The notes under the pieces were generated by a model. It saw only the letters and a program-made list of their open reading frames with translations. It had not been told where the DNA came from and did not search any database. Source: an uncultured Acidobacteriota bacterium (GTDB lineage: Bacteria > Acidobacteriota > Terriglobia > Acidiferrales > UBA7541). From it: DNA of 64,000 nt. Every line of letters starts with the position of its first letter. Within the stretch, counting starts at the first letter, position 1. The stretch covers positions 134,858-198,857 of the forward strand of contig CAVPCI010000005.1 of assembly GCA_963702375.1 (NCBI GenBank), read 5' to 3'. Of the stretch, positions 41,344 through 50,276 are shown piece after piece. The position numbers and the translations under genes are program-made.

Positions 41344-42486
41344 CTACTCTTGCCCTCGAGCTGACATCTCGCGAACCAATCGACCACCCAATTGATCGCT
41401 GAGCAGCTTTACATCCGCCTCGACCATAATTCTTACCAATTCCTCGAATCTTACCTTAGGCCTCCATCCGAGGACGTGCGCAGCCTTACTGGCGTCGCCT
41501 TGGAGAAGGTCGACTTCGGTGGGGCGAAAATACCTCGGATCAATCACGACATGCTTTTCCCAATCAAGGCCGGCGTGCGTAAACGCGCGCTCGAGGAATT
41601 CGCGCACCGTGTGGGTTTCACCGGTGGCGATCACAAAATCATCCGGCGCATCGAGCTGCATCATTCGCCACATCGCTTCCACATATTCCGGCGTATAACC
41701 CCAGTCGCGCTTGGCCTCGAGGTTTCCCATATAGAGGGTATCTTGCAAGCCCGCACGAATCCGCGCAACTGCGCGGGTGATCTTGCGGCTCACAAAAGTT
41801 TCTCCACGGCGCGGGGATTCGTGATTAAAAAGAATCCCGTTGCAAGCAAAAAGGCCATAGCTCTCCCTGTAGTTCACAGTCATCCAGTGGGCGTAGACCT
41901 TGGAGCAGGCATAGGGACTACTGGGCCGGAATGGCGTCGTCTCGCGCTGCGGGACTTCCGGCGTTCTTCCGAACATTTCGCTGCTCGACGCCTGGTAAAA
42001 CTTAGCCTTAATTCCCGTTTCTCGAACGGCTTCCAATAAGCGGACCGTCCCAAGCGCGGTAACATCGCCCGTATATTCGGGTATCTCGAAGCTCACTTTC
42101 ACGTGGCTCTGAGCACCCAAGTGATATATTTCATCGGGCTGAAGCCGATAGAGCAATTTGATCAGGCTGGTAGAATCGGAAAGGTCGGCAAAATGCAGCA
42201 ACAAACGAGCGGCACCCTCGTGCCAGTCCGGAAGGATGCTGTCAATTCGAGACGTATTAAAGCTGCTCGAGCGGCGTTTGATGCCGTGTACTTCGTAGCC
42301 CTTGGAAAGGAGCAACTCGGCAAGGTAGGATCCATCCTGGCCCGTGACGCCAGTGATAAGCGCCTTTTTTGTCAGGTGAATAATCTCCTTTCTTTTCTCC
42401 GCGTTGCACGGACGATTAGGCGTCCGCCGCACCGCTTGGTTTGTTTTCCTTGCGACTCGCAGTGTTACTCCCGTCGCCGGATCCAT
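41344..42486 (-). CDS. gmd: GDP-mannose 4,6-dehydratase, long (E. coli-type) form; start uncertain
   Basis: [53 protein letters not shown] and [17 protein letters not shown] lies 9 nt before a CTG at 42375. The ATG at 42486 would overlap the upstream gene by 70 nt. Confidence 0.85.
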   Translation of the reverse strand: MDPATGVTLRVARKTNQAVRRTPNRPCNAEKRKEIIHLTKKALITGVTGQDGSYLAELLLSKGYEVHGIKRRSSSFNTSRIDSILPDWHEGAARLLLHFADLSDSTSLIKLLYRLQPDEIYHLGAQSHVKVSFEIPEYTGDVTALGTVRLLEAVRETGIKAKFYQASSSEMFGRTPEVPQRETTPFRPSSPYACSKVYAHWMTVNYRESYGLFACNGILFNHESPRRGETFVSRKITRAVARIRAGLQDTLYMGNLEAKRDWGYTPEYVEAMWRMMQLDAPDDFVIATGETHTVREFLERAFTHAGLDWEKHVVIDPRYFRPTEVDLLQGDASKAAHVLGWRPKVRFEELVRIMVEADVKLLSDQLGGRLVREMSARGQE

Positions 42487-43807
42487 TTGACGAGAGCCCT
42501 GGGAGGCTCGCCTTTACAGTGGCGAGCACCTCTTGCGCGAATGCTTTCCCGGGGTCATCCGAGGCTATACTTTTCCACTCGGCCCTGCCAAACACGAACG
42601 CCACTCCGACGGCAAATGCCAGCGCAGCTCCCAGCGTCATGATCAGCAGCCTCGGAGGAAACGACCTCTTCTCCGGAATTTCCGCTGGATCGAGTACCTT
42701 GACACTCGGAGTCTCCTTCGCTTCCTCCACTTTGGCGAGTTCGTATTGCTGCGTCAGACTCTCGAACACCGCTTCCTCAACTTTTGTTCCCCGGTACAAA
42801 TCCGCATACGTCACACCGAGAACCGGAAGTTGCCGAATCGCCGGATAGGTAGACTCCAAGTCGCCACCATTCGGGGCAGACTCGCCACCCGGCTTGCCGC
42901 CAATCTTTCCCAGTTGCCGTCGAAGCTCATCCACTCGCGCTTGAGACTGGCGAACCCTGACGTTACTATCTGTGTAGACTTGTTTCAAAGACTCGACCTC
43001 GCTTTGAGCGGCCATCAATTTCCCCTCAAGGTCAGCAGCAGCTCCTATCATGGCCCTAGTTTGATCGGGAATGTTGACGGCGGTGTTTTTGCTAGCAAAG
43101 TCGCTGAAAGCCTTCTCAGCCGATTCAAGGTCCTTTTTGACCTCCGCCAGCCGGCCCTCTAAAAAAACTCTTTCACGGTGAGCTGAGGAAGTATTCAGGT
43201 TGGTAACAACATTGTCCAATTCCGCCGTGTATTCCTGGGCCAGTGCCGCAGCACGCCGCGGACTTCGGTCGGTTACTTGAATGGTGATGATGCCACTCTT
43301 GCGGTTGCTCGTTACATCGGTGCGCTTCGCTAGAATCTTGCGCGCGGCTTCCCAAGACCGAGTACCGTATACCCTTCGAAGGTCGAACTTTCGAATTAGA
43401 TCGTCCTGAACTGTTCGGCTTCCCAAGACGCCAACGAAAAGATCTCCGGAGGTCTTCAATCCAAACAGATCCTCGGTCAAGCCCGCCATTCCCTCTCCGC
43501 CTTTGCTGCTAAGGAGAGCTGCAAGCGCTCCCATATTTCCCGACTGGTCGGGCGGCATCAACTGTGTCGTCGATTGATAGCGCGCCGGAATTAGAAGGGC
43601 TATCAGCAGGGAGGCAATGAATCCGACCGCGGTCACTTTGAACAGCAACCGTCTATGTTCCCAAAGCAGGCGCAATGCCGCTAGTGACTGTCCACGGCGC
43701 CTCCGGTAACCGATCTCCTCAGGGAGAATAATTTCATCGCGGCGAATGAGGCCGACCTCCTGGCTCGGCAAATCCCCAATCATCGGGCGATGAGGGTCTC
43801 GCGGCAT
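42416..43807 (-). CDS. polysaccharide co-polymerase (Wzz/GumC-type) without a kinase domain
   Basis: 463 aa: TM1 ([18 protein letters not shown]) followed by [13 protein letters not shown], a long coiled-coil region, [20 protein letters not shown] and TM2. A short Ser/Gly tail follows and there is no P-loop. Confidence 0.75.
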   Translation of the reverse strand: MPRDPHRPMIGDLPSQEVGLIRRDEIILPEEIGYRRRRGQSLAALRLLWEHRRLLFKVTAVGFIASLLIALLIPARYQSTTQLMPPDQSGNMGALAALLSSKGGEGMAGLTEDLFGLKTSGDLFVGVLGSRTVQDDLIRKFDLRRVYGTRSWEAARKILAKRTDVTSNRKSGIITIQVTDRSPRRAAALAQEYTAELDNVVTNLNTSSAHRERVFLEGRLAEVKKDLESAEKAFSDFASKNTAVNIPDQTRAMIGAAADLEGKLMAAQSEVESLKQVYTDSNVRVRQSQARVDELRRQLGKIGGKPGGESAPNGGDLESTYPAIRQLPVLGVTYADLYRGTKVEEAVFESLTQQYELAKVEEAKETPSVKVLDPAEIPEKRSFPPRLLIMTLGAALAFAVGVAFVFGRAEWKSIASDDPGKAFAQEVLATVKASLPGLSSNGSGDGSNTASRKENKPSGAADA

Positions 43808-43839
43808 AGCTTCCTGTTTTTTAACCGTCCTTCCTACGC

Positions 43840-46413
43840 CTAGTTGTTTGGCTTATCCGCCATTCCATGGCCGGACCACGGCCAAAACGTCAACCCAATC
43901 GAGGTGGTCAAATCTGTTTGTCTCGTTTGTGAAATAACCGGAAAGCTCCACCTCTCGTATTGCACTGAAGCCGTCACGCTCAAAGTAGAGTGCAGCCAAA
44001 ATGATGCGCTTGCTCCCGCGTCTGTGATGGTGCCACCGTGAGGAATCAATTGCTCGCTCACCTTCTCGTGCCGGAAATTGAACTGAAGGTTGTCCTTAGG
44101 AGTGAACCAATATGTGGTCCATGCACTCGCGCCTTGGCCTTCGCGTCCGATCCAACTCCCTATCAGATTGCCGTCGTTTGTGTAGCCGCTGAGGAAACGG
44201 TCGTTTATGTAAAAGAAGCCGTGCTGCAAGGAAGGCTGAATGGCAGGTGGATCGGTGTAAATTCCCTCCGCGCGAAAATCCAGTTTCGGAATTTTCGGAA
44301 GTCGGGGCATGTAGATTCCGCTTATAACGGCAGCCTTGTTCCAATTGCGCCACGGGCTGATCTCGTCGTCCGTGAAAGCATCCCCATAAAGGGTCAGCCA
44401 ATTCCGCAGCTTTGGAAAACGATAGGTGAAATCGAAACCACCCCGCCGATCACCTGGATCACTCGGGGTTCCCGGCAAAGCGTTGCTTGCGATTGGGAGA
44501 ATGGACTGGCCGAACTTGTGGAGCGTCATGGGGACGCCTGCACCCGCAAGAATTGTGGTGACGCCCATCCCCATTTCAAAATTCGGCGTCGGCTTGATGC
44601 TTATTTTCCCGCCGTCGATGAAGGGTTGGTCGTCCAATGGCTGTGTCCACGAACCCGTGATCCCTGTCAGAGCGCTGCTGACCCAGTTTTGCCCCGTCAG
44701 CCGGCCGAGGAAAAATTGGACTCGCACCGGACCCAAATAACGAAAGACACTCGGCAGAGTGAACGGAGTCACTCGATTGATTTGGACCATCTCAATCGGG
44801 GCCGCATTACTACTGAACAACATCGGTCCGCTTTTGTCGGGGCCCCACCATTGCTCCTGCTTGCCAAAGGTGATGGCCCAGTCCTCGAACTGCATACCCA
44901 CATACCCGTCGAGCAAGTCCGCCTGGCCGATCGCCGGTGTCGGATTGCCCGGAGGAATTGCGGGCAGCACGTCCTGAACACCTGCGATTACCTCTCGTGC
45001 CAAAAGCGGCAGTGCGGGAGCGGAAGGCGCGTACTGATATTCGGCGCGCACGTAGCCCACCAGCGGGCCGGCGGTTGCCCATCCAGATGCCCCGGCAATC
45101 GCGTTCGTTCCCTCTTCGTAGGGCCGACCGTAGTCGTTCACAATCGTCTGGCCGTAGTCATATTTGGCGCCCCCGCTGAGCGGCTGGCCGCTGATTCCGG
45201 TCACACGCACGTAAATGGATTCTATCCGCGCATTGCGATTCGTACCTCCGCCCAGCAAATTCAACTCGCGGGCAAATTCATCGTTCAAGTCTTCCAGAAT
45301 CCGGCTCGCTTCCGCCGGACTCGCGGAGTCTCCGGTGACCTCATCGCTAGCGTCACTGATCAGTCGCGCGCATTCCATGCGCGTCCATGGCCTCTGGCCC
45401 AAAAAACCTTCGGGCACATCACCAAGCGCCTCCAGGCGGTCGAGCGCCGGATAAATCCAACTGTCGAGCGGAACATATGGCGATCCCATATCTTTTCGAT
45501 GATAGGGATGGTCGCCGAGTAGCATTTCTGACGTGCTGTTCCATTCGCCTCCACCTAACTCCGGATCGTGATGCTGGCTATAGACGAATTCCCCGGTTAG
45601 CCACCCAATTGCGCTGCCGACCAGCACGTCCGATGTGAAGTGCTGTTTGCCCTCGACACGCGCTGCGGTGATCGCGGCTGCCGCTCCGTAGGCGAGAAGC
45701 TTCGGCAAGGGCCCTGGATACTCGTGGCTCAAAACGCTGGCAACTGACCAGGCAGCAGCGGCATGTTCGGACGGAAAGGAATCGCCGCCGCTCCAAAATT
45801 CTCCGTTATGGTTGCCTTGAAACGGCCGGTTCCGGCCCGCGGCGTATTTCACTGCCTCGGTGATCGCCAGACTGTCCACTGCCGCCTCTCCGGCCAGCAA
45901 GCCCGCCTCCCGTGCGTGATCGTTATCCGTAAAGTGGCCCCACAGGTAGAGCGCTCCGGTGCCGCCGGCAAGAGCGGCGATTCCATAATTCGACAAACTC
46001 ACGTATCGGTTCTGGGTATGCAGGCTATTCGATATGTGCAGGCTCGTGTCGCGATCTGTTGCAATCATCCCGGCAGTTATTCCACCCAAGGGCACAAGCC
46101 AAATGCTGTCCTGCACCCGCAGTCGAGCTGGCGCCGTCCAGAGCCCTTTCTGATCTTGTGCAATGTGCTTCAGAAGCGAAACTCCCAACGAATTCTCGTA
46201 ATCCTCCGAACTATCGGTGGAGTCCGAAGGTGCGGTCCCAGGCTGCAGGTGCCCATTCGACCGCTCACGGGCACTAGCCGCGGCCGCCTGGCTCGGTCCA
46301 CTTGAAGCCTTTGCTGTCGTTTGGCAATAACTCGTTCTGGTTGTAACAGTAAAGCTAATTACAGAGCAAGCCAACACAAGTTTCGCCCAATGTTCTACCC
46401 TTGCGCCGACCAT
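43840..46413 (-). CDS. fusion protein: N-terminal PAP2 phosphatase domain + C-terminal Wzi-like capsule-assembly beta-barrel
   Basis: The ATG at 46413 shares one base with the upstream TGA (TGATG). Signal-like WAKLVLACSVISFTV. PAP2 blocks KYAAGRNRP / PSEH / ARVEGKQHFTSD fall at ~45580-46180. Wzi-like YVPLDSWIYPALDRLEALG and a ~550-aa beta-rich C-terminus fall at ~43840-45490. Confidence 0.7.
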   Translation of the reverse strand: MVGARVEHWAKLVLACSVISFTVTTRTSYCQTTAKASSGPSQAAAASARERSNGHLQPGTAPSDSTDSSEDYENSLGVSLLKHIAQDQKGLWTAPARLRVQDSIWLVPLGGITAGMIATDRDTSLHISNSLHTQNRYVSLSNYGIAALAGGTGALYLWGHFTDNDHAREAGLLAGEAAVDSLAITEAVKYAAGRNRPFQGNHNGEFWSGGDSFPSEHAAAAWSVASVLSHEYPGPLPKLLAYGAAAAITAARVEGKQHFTSDVLVGSAIGWLTGEFVYSQHHDPELGGGEWNSTSEMLLGDHPYHRKDMGSPYVPLDSWIYPALDRLEALGDVPEGFLGQRPWTRMECARLISDASDEVTGDSASPAEASRILEDLNDEFARELNLLGGGTNRNARIESIYVRVTGISGQPLSGGAKYDYGQTIVNDYGRPYEEGTNAIAGASGWATAGPLVGYVRAEYQYAPSAPALPLLAREVIAGVQDVLPAIPPGNPTPAIGQADLLDGYVGMQFEDWAITFGKQEQWWGPDKSGPMLFSSNAAPIEMVQINRVTPFTLPSVFRYLGPVRVQFFLGRLTGQNWVSSALTGITGSWTQPLDDQPFIDGGKISIKPTPNFEMGMGVTTILAGAGVPMTLHKFGQSILPIASNALPGTPSDPGDRRGGFDFTYRFPKLRNWLTLYGDAFTDDEISPWRNWNKAAVISGIYMPRLPKIPKLDFRAEGIYTDPPAIQPSLQHGFFYINDRFLSGYTNDGNLIGSWIGREGQGASAWTTYWFTPKDNLQFNFRHEKVSEQLIPHGGTITDAGASASFWLHSTLSVTASVQYERWSFPVISQTRQTDLTTSIGLTFWPWSGHGMADKPNN

Positions 46414-49400
46414 CAGTAGTGCGTGGCGATGAACACCGTGCTCACGATAGAGGAAGCAACCGATGCCGCCGTAAACAAGTTGGCCCACTGCACGCCGGGG
46501 CCGATCGCCTTCTCCGGTACCACCACTGTGTCCCCGGCTTGCAGCACCGATCCAAGAGAGCTTCCAATCCACAACCCTTCCCTTCGCCCAATTATCGAGC
46601 CATCCGCGCGAATCACGAAGATCGACTTCCGATTCGCCGTAGTTGTTACTCCACCAGCCTGTTCCAGATACCACTTCACGCTCTTGCCAGGCCGGTATGC
46701 AACCGCCGTGGGATTGAAGACCTGTCCAGTGACCATCACGTAGTCGGGACGCTTGGGGATGATGAGCGTGTCCCCGGCTCTCGCTTCGAAATCGGCCGCT
46801 TTGTTTTTCCAGCGATCTATGTGGGATGAAATGCGAATCGCGATACGCCCCACGGGCGCGTTCGTCGTTAGCTGCATCAACGTGGTCTCATATTGGCCGA
46901 GAGCCATTTCCTTCGCTTGTTTCTGGGCCGGCGTGCTGTCCGGCATTGCCTCCAAGCTTCCCTCGGCGTCCTTCACGCGTAGCACGAGTTTGTTCTGCTC
47001 CTTCGTCTCCAGATCCCGCACCTGCACGCGCTCAAGGATGGCGCCATAGGGATAAGCGTCTGGCAAAAATCCGCCCGCCCGCTCCAAAATCGAACTCAAC
47101 CGCTCACCGGGCCGAATCCCATAAGTCCCGGGATGCTTCACTTCGCCCTTCAGCGTAATCGTGGCGCCCAAATCCTCCCAACCGGGAAGCTGACGAATAC
47201 TAACCACATCGCCGTTGTGAAGTTGCGCGTTACTTTTCGGATCGCCCGAGAGGGCGGCGGAAATGGCAATCGGCTCATGCTGTCCGGTCAACTGGCTCTG
47301 TCCGGCATATTCATACCGCGTCAGATCTCCATCCTCGGTGTCGGCGTCCGGCTTCAGGCCGCCTCCGACGCGGACCAGATCGGCCACCGTCATATTTGTG
47401 GTCAGAGGATAGCGGCCCGGGCTCCCGACTTCTCCTTCGATGTACACCACGGCAGGCTGCACGGCGTTCGTGCTCTTATGTATGAGCAGGCGGTCACGCG
47501 GCTCCAAAATAATATTCTGAGTCGAATCGCCGGCAAGGGCTTGATTCAATGACACGCTGAAAATCTCCGCTTTGCCATCGGGCATGTACCGGAACACTTG
47601 CGCGTCGTCGGTCTGCGCATCCGGCTCCATCCCTCCTGCCAAATGAACGGCGTCGGCCAAATGAATTTGTCCGGAAGTCCGATAGGTGCCCGGCGCTCTC
47701 ACATCACCCAGAACCGATACAGTCGGCGGATTTTCGAAATCGAAGCGGCTGAAAACTCGGACCGTATCCATTGCGTGAAGAACCGGCGCTTGCGCTGGAT
47801 TTGCAAGGGCATCTGCGAGGTTGAAACTCTGCACGCTGGGACGGAAATCGGGCGCGTTAAGACGAATGATTTCGGCATACTGCATCGAAGGTTCCGGCAG
47901 CAAATCCTTGAACGATGGAATCAAATCGGTCACCCGCATGTCGTCATGATAGGAATACCGGCCGGGACGAATCACATGCCCCTCTAGATACACCGCATCT
48001 TCATTACCCTGGCTTATTGGAAATACTCGAATGCGATCGCTGTCCTGTATCTGAAAGGAGTCCAGCTTTTTCGTTGATTCGGCATCGTCGTCCGAAGCGG
48101 GAATATTGAGGCTGAGCATGGTGTGCTTGTCGTGGGCAATGGTTCGCTGCACCTCAATATGCTGCAATGTAGCCGTTGGAAGCAGGCCTCCGGCTAGTTC
48201 CAGCACACCGGATAAGTCCTTCTCGTCTTTCAGTTCATAAATCGCGGGACGTCGCACCATCCCTTCAACAGTCACCTGTGGACCAATTGGGGGAACCAGA
48301 ACACTGTCGCCATTTTGCAAACGCTGGATGTCAGACTTCACCCCATGCAGGAGCAAATCGTATAAATCCACGTTTTGAACCAATTGGCCGCCGCGAAGAT
48401 GCTGCACAATCCGGAGCGATCCTCCCTGTGTGGGGCCACCCGCAATAAACAATGCATTCAGCGGAGTGGAGAGCGAACTCACGTCGTAGGCTCCCGGATT
48501 TGCGACATCGCCCACTACATAAATTCGAACCGTTCTCAAGCGCGAAAGCGAAACATCGGCCGAAATATTGCGAAATTGAGTGCGCAGAACCTGCTGCAGA
48601 TTCTGCTGAACCTCGGCAAGACTCTTCCCGCTTACCAGCAGCGGACCTACCTCGGGCAAGCTGATTCGGCCTTCGCGGTCGACACTTCTATATATCCGGC
48701 GCGACACGCCTCCCCACAGATCGATTGCCAAGCCATCCCCAGGTCCCACCACGTAATCCGGACCAGCCGGCAAGTCCATGGGAATCGCATAGGGGTTTTG
48801 CGAGTTGTTTTCGAAAACGTCCATGCCAAACCGCCTAGCAGCCGCAGGCTGCGGTGTCGCCTGTATGTACATGTCATAAAGCGAAGGAATGTCATTGTAC
48901 GGGTTTGGTTTGCGTACCATCGCCGCCGGTTGCAGGAGGGATTGGTTCGGATTCCTCAAAGGGCCGGGAAAGTAATAATTGGGGTAGTAATTGCGGTATC
49001 CCTGCGCATTCATCGCCGCCCCGCCCATTTGACCTGACTGCGTCATGTCAAACTGGTTCATGTCGAAAGGATTTATGTCCGTGCGATCGAATGAACCTCC
49101 GAGATCACCACCCCCCGCATACTGATCGAGCAAGTTGCCCGTCAATCCGGAACCGCCCGGAGAAACACCGGGCGATTCTCCGTCATTCTGGGACTGCAGC
49201 TGCTGCATAAGGGACGACGTCCCGCCTCCTCCGCCGAGCCCCTGTGACTCTAGCGAACCGGGCAGATTCCCGGATAGTGGCGGCGAGAGTTGATCATCCG
49301 ATTGGCCAGTTTGCATGAGCTGGGCTTGCTGCAGTGTATTGTTTCTGCCCGCTGGTGGTTGTATGAATGGACTCGGCTGACTCGGGCCGAACCACGGGGG

Positions 49401-50051
49401 CCCGCTTGGAAGCTGCTGTTCGGGCCCTAGCTCCTGCGGCAGTTGCCCCTGTTGCCCTTGTTGCGCAGCCCCTTCGCAGCTCCTGGAATCGCCTTGCAAG
49501 CACTTACGCGCCTTTTCATACCGGTCCCGCGTCTGCTGCAACACCTGCGCTCTCTGCTGCTCTTCTTCCTGAGCGATGAATTTTACGCGCTCTTGAATCA
49601 GCAGGTCTTGCTCTTTTCCAGCCTCTGACTCCGGATTCACCGTGGGCATCAAATAGCCGTAGCGCTGAAGCAGCTGAGTGACCACGGAACGAAATCGCAC
49701 ATCGTTCTGGAGGCGTTCGAAAATCGCGTCATCGGCCAGATCGCGCTCGGTGATGATTTGGCCCTGGTCGGTCGCATCCTTGGCCACCCAGCGCTTTACT
49801 TCGACCATAAGACCCGGATTCTTAGCCAAAACTACCTTGATATCCTCTGCTGATGCTCCTACCTGGGCCAGATTATGGCGGGCGAGTTCTGGGCCGGCGA
49901 CTGGGTTTTGCCGGGAGACCTGAGCACCGGCGACCGTTGAAAATAACAATAATGCCCACACGGAGTAGGAGAACCGGATTGCCTGCCCGCGACCTCTTTG
50001 AATCGCGCTGAGCCGCAGGTTAGTGGTCGCCATCACGGGGATGGTCTCCAT
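46413..50051 (-). CDS. giant Wza/KpsD-family outer-membrane polysaccharide export protein (Poly_export + multiple SLBB repeats) with a ~400-aa N-terminal extension
   Basis: 1212 aa. Signal peptide, a structured ~150 aa, then a Q/N/G/P-rich low-complexity stretch (~48927-49475). PAGPDYVVGPGDGLAIDLWG (Poly_export) follows, then repeated SLBB-like units (GDV..PG.Y, GD.V.VP). The C-terminus is a hydrophobic helix (FTAASVASSIVSTVFIA). Confidence 0.8.
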   Translation of the reverse strand: METIPVMATTNLRLSAIQRGRGQAIRFSYSVWALLLFSTVAGAQVSRQNPVAGPELARHNLAQVGASAEDIKVVLAKNPGLMVEVKRWVAKDATDQGQIITERDLADDAIFERLQNDVRFRSVVTQLLQRYGYLMPTVNPESEAGKEQDLLIQERVKFIAQEEEQQRAQVLQQTRDRYEKARKCLQGDSRSCEGAAQQGQQGQLPQELGPEQQLPSGPPWFGPSQPSPFIQPPAGRNNTLQQAQLMQTGQSDDQLSPPLSGNLPGSLESQGLGGGGGTSSLMQQLQSQNDGESPGVSPGGSGLTGNLLDQYAGGGDLGGSFDRTDINPFDMNQFDMTQSGQMGGAAMNAQGYRNYYPNYYFPGPLRNPNQSLLQPAAMVRKPNPYNDIPSLYDMYIQATPQPAAARRFGMDVFENNSQNPYAIPMDLPAGPDYVVGPGDGLAIDLWGGVSRRIYRSVDREGRISLPEVGPLLVSGKSLAEVQQNLQQVLRTQFRNISADVSLSRLRTVRIYVVGDVANPGAYDVSSLSTPLNALFIAGGPTQGGSLRIVQHLRGGQLVQNVDLYDLLLHGVKSDIQRLQNGDSVLVPPIGPQVTVEGMVRRPAIYELKDEKDLSGVLELAGGLLPTATLQHIEVQRTIAHDKHTMLSLNIPASDDDAESTKKLDSFQIQDSDRIRVFPISQGNEDAVYLEGHVIRPGRYSYHDDMRVTDLIPSFKDLLPEPSMQYAEIIRLNAPDFRPSVQSFNLADALANPAQAPVLHAMDTVRVFSRFDFENPPTVSVLGDVRAPGTYRTSGQIHLADAVHLAGGMEPDAQTDDAQVFRYMPDGKAEIFSVSLNQALAGDSTQNIILEPRDRLLIHKSTNAVQPAVVYIEGEVGSPGRYPLTTNMTVADLVRVGGGLKPDADTEDGDLTRYEYAGQSQLTGQHEPIAISAALSGDPKSNAQLHNGDVVSIRQLPGWEDLGATITLKGEVKHPGTYGIRPGERLSSILERAGGFLPDAYPYGAILERVQVRDLETKEQNKLVLRVKDAEGSLEAMPDSTPAQKQAKEMALGQYETTLMQLTTNAPVGRIAIRISSHIDRWKNKAADFEARAGDTLIIPKRPDYVMVTGQVFNPTAVAYRPGKSVKWYLEQAGGVTTTANRKSIFVIRADGSIIGRREGLWIGSSLGSVLQAGDTVVVPEKAIGPGVQWANLFTAASVASSIVSTVFIATHY

Positions 50052-50276
50052 GGTGCCTCCTCCATATCTGATCCGGACGACTCATTATGAAGCGAAGCAG
50101 TCGGCTAGGCAAAGGTTCAAATGAGCACCCATTGTAAATCATCCGCAACCGGTGGGAGTCGCGGATTCGAATTCCTTGCAACACAACGCCCCCCGATTGT
50201 CAGATGCGCGCGTCCCCTTAAGGTTTGCCGCGCACTCTCGTGTGCAGTCTCGGGGATATGGTAGAGTTTCGAGCCG

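Noticed and set aside
44038-45522. 494-aa plus-strand ORF, the longest of many antisense ORFs in the track. Others include 41392..42039, 48375..49037, 50671..51243, 51240..51782, 58426..59103, 60953..61711, 62524..63075 and 62681..63241.
   Set aside because: Each lies fully antisense to a gene with clear family motifs. Each has an Arg/Ser/Pro/Cys-rich, motif-free composition typical of non-coding frames in GC-rich DNA, and lacks a plausible SD or start context.
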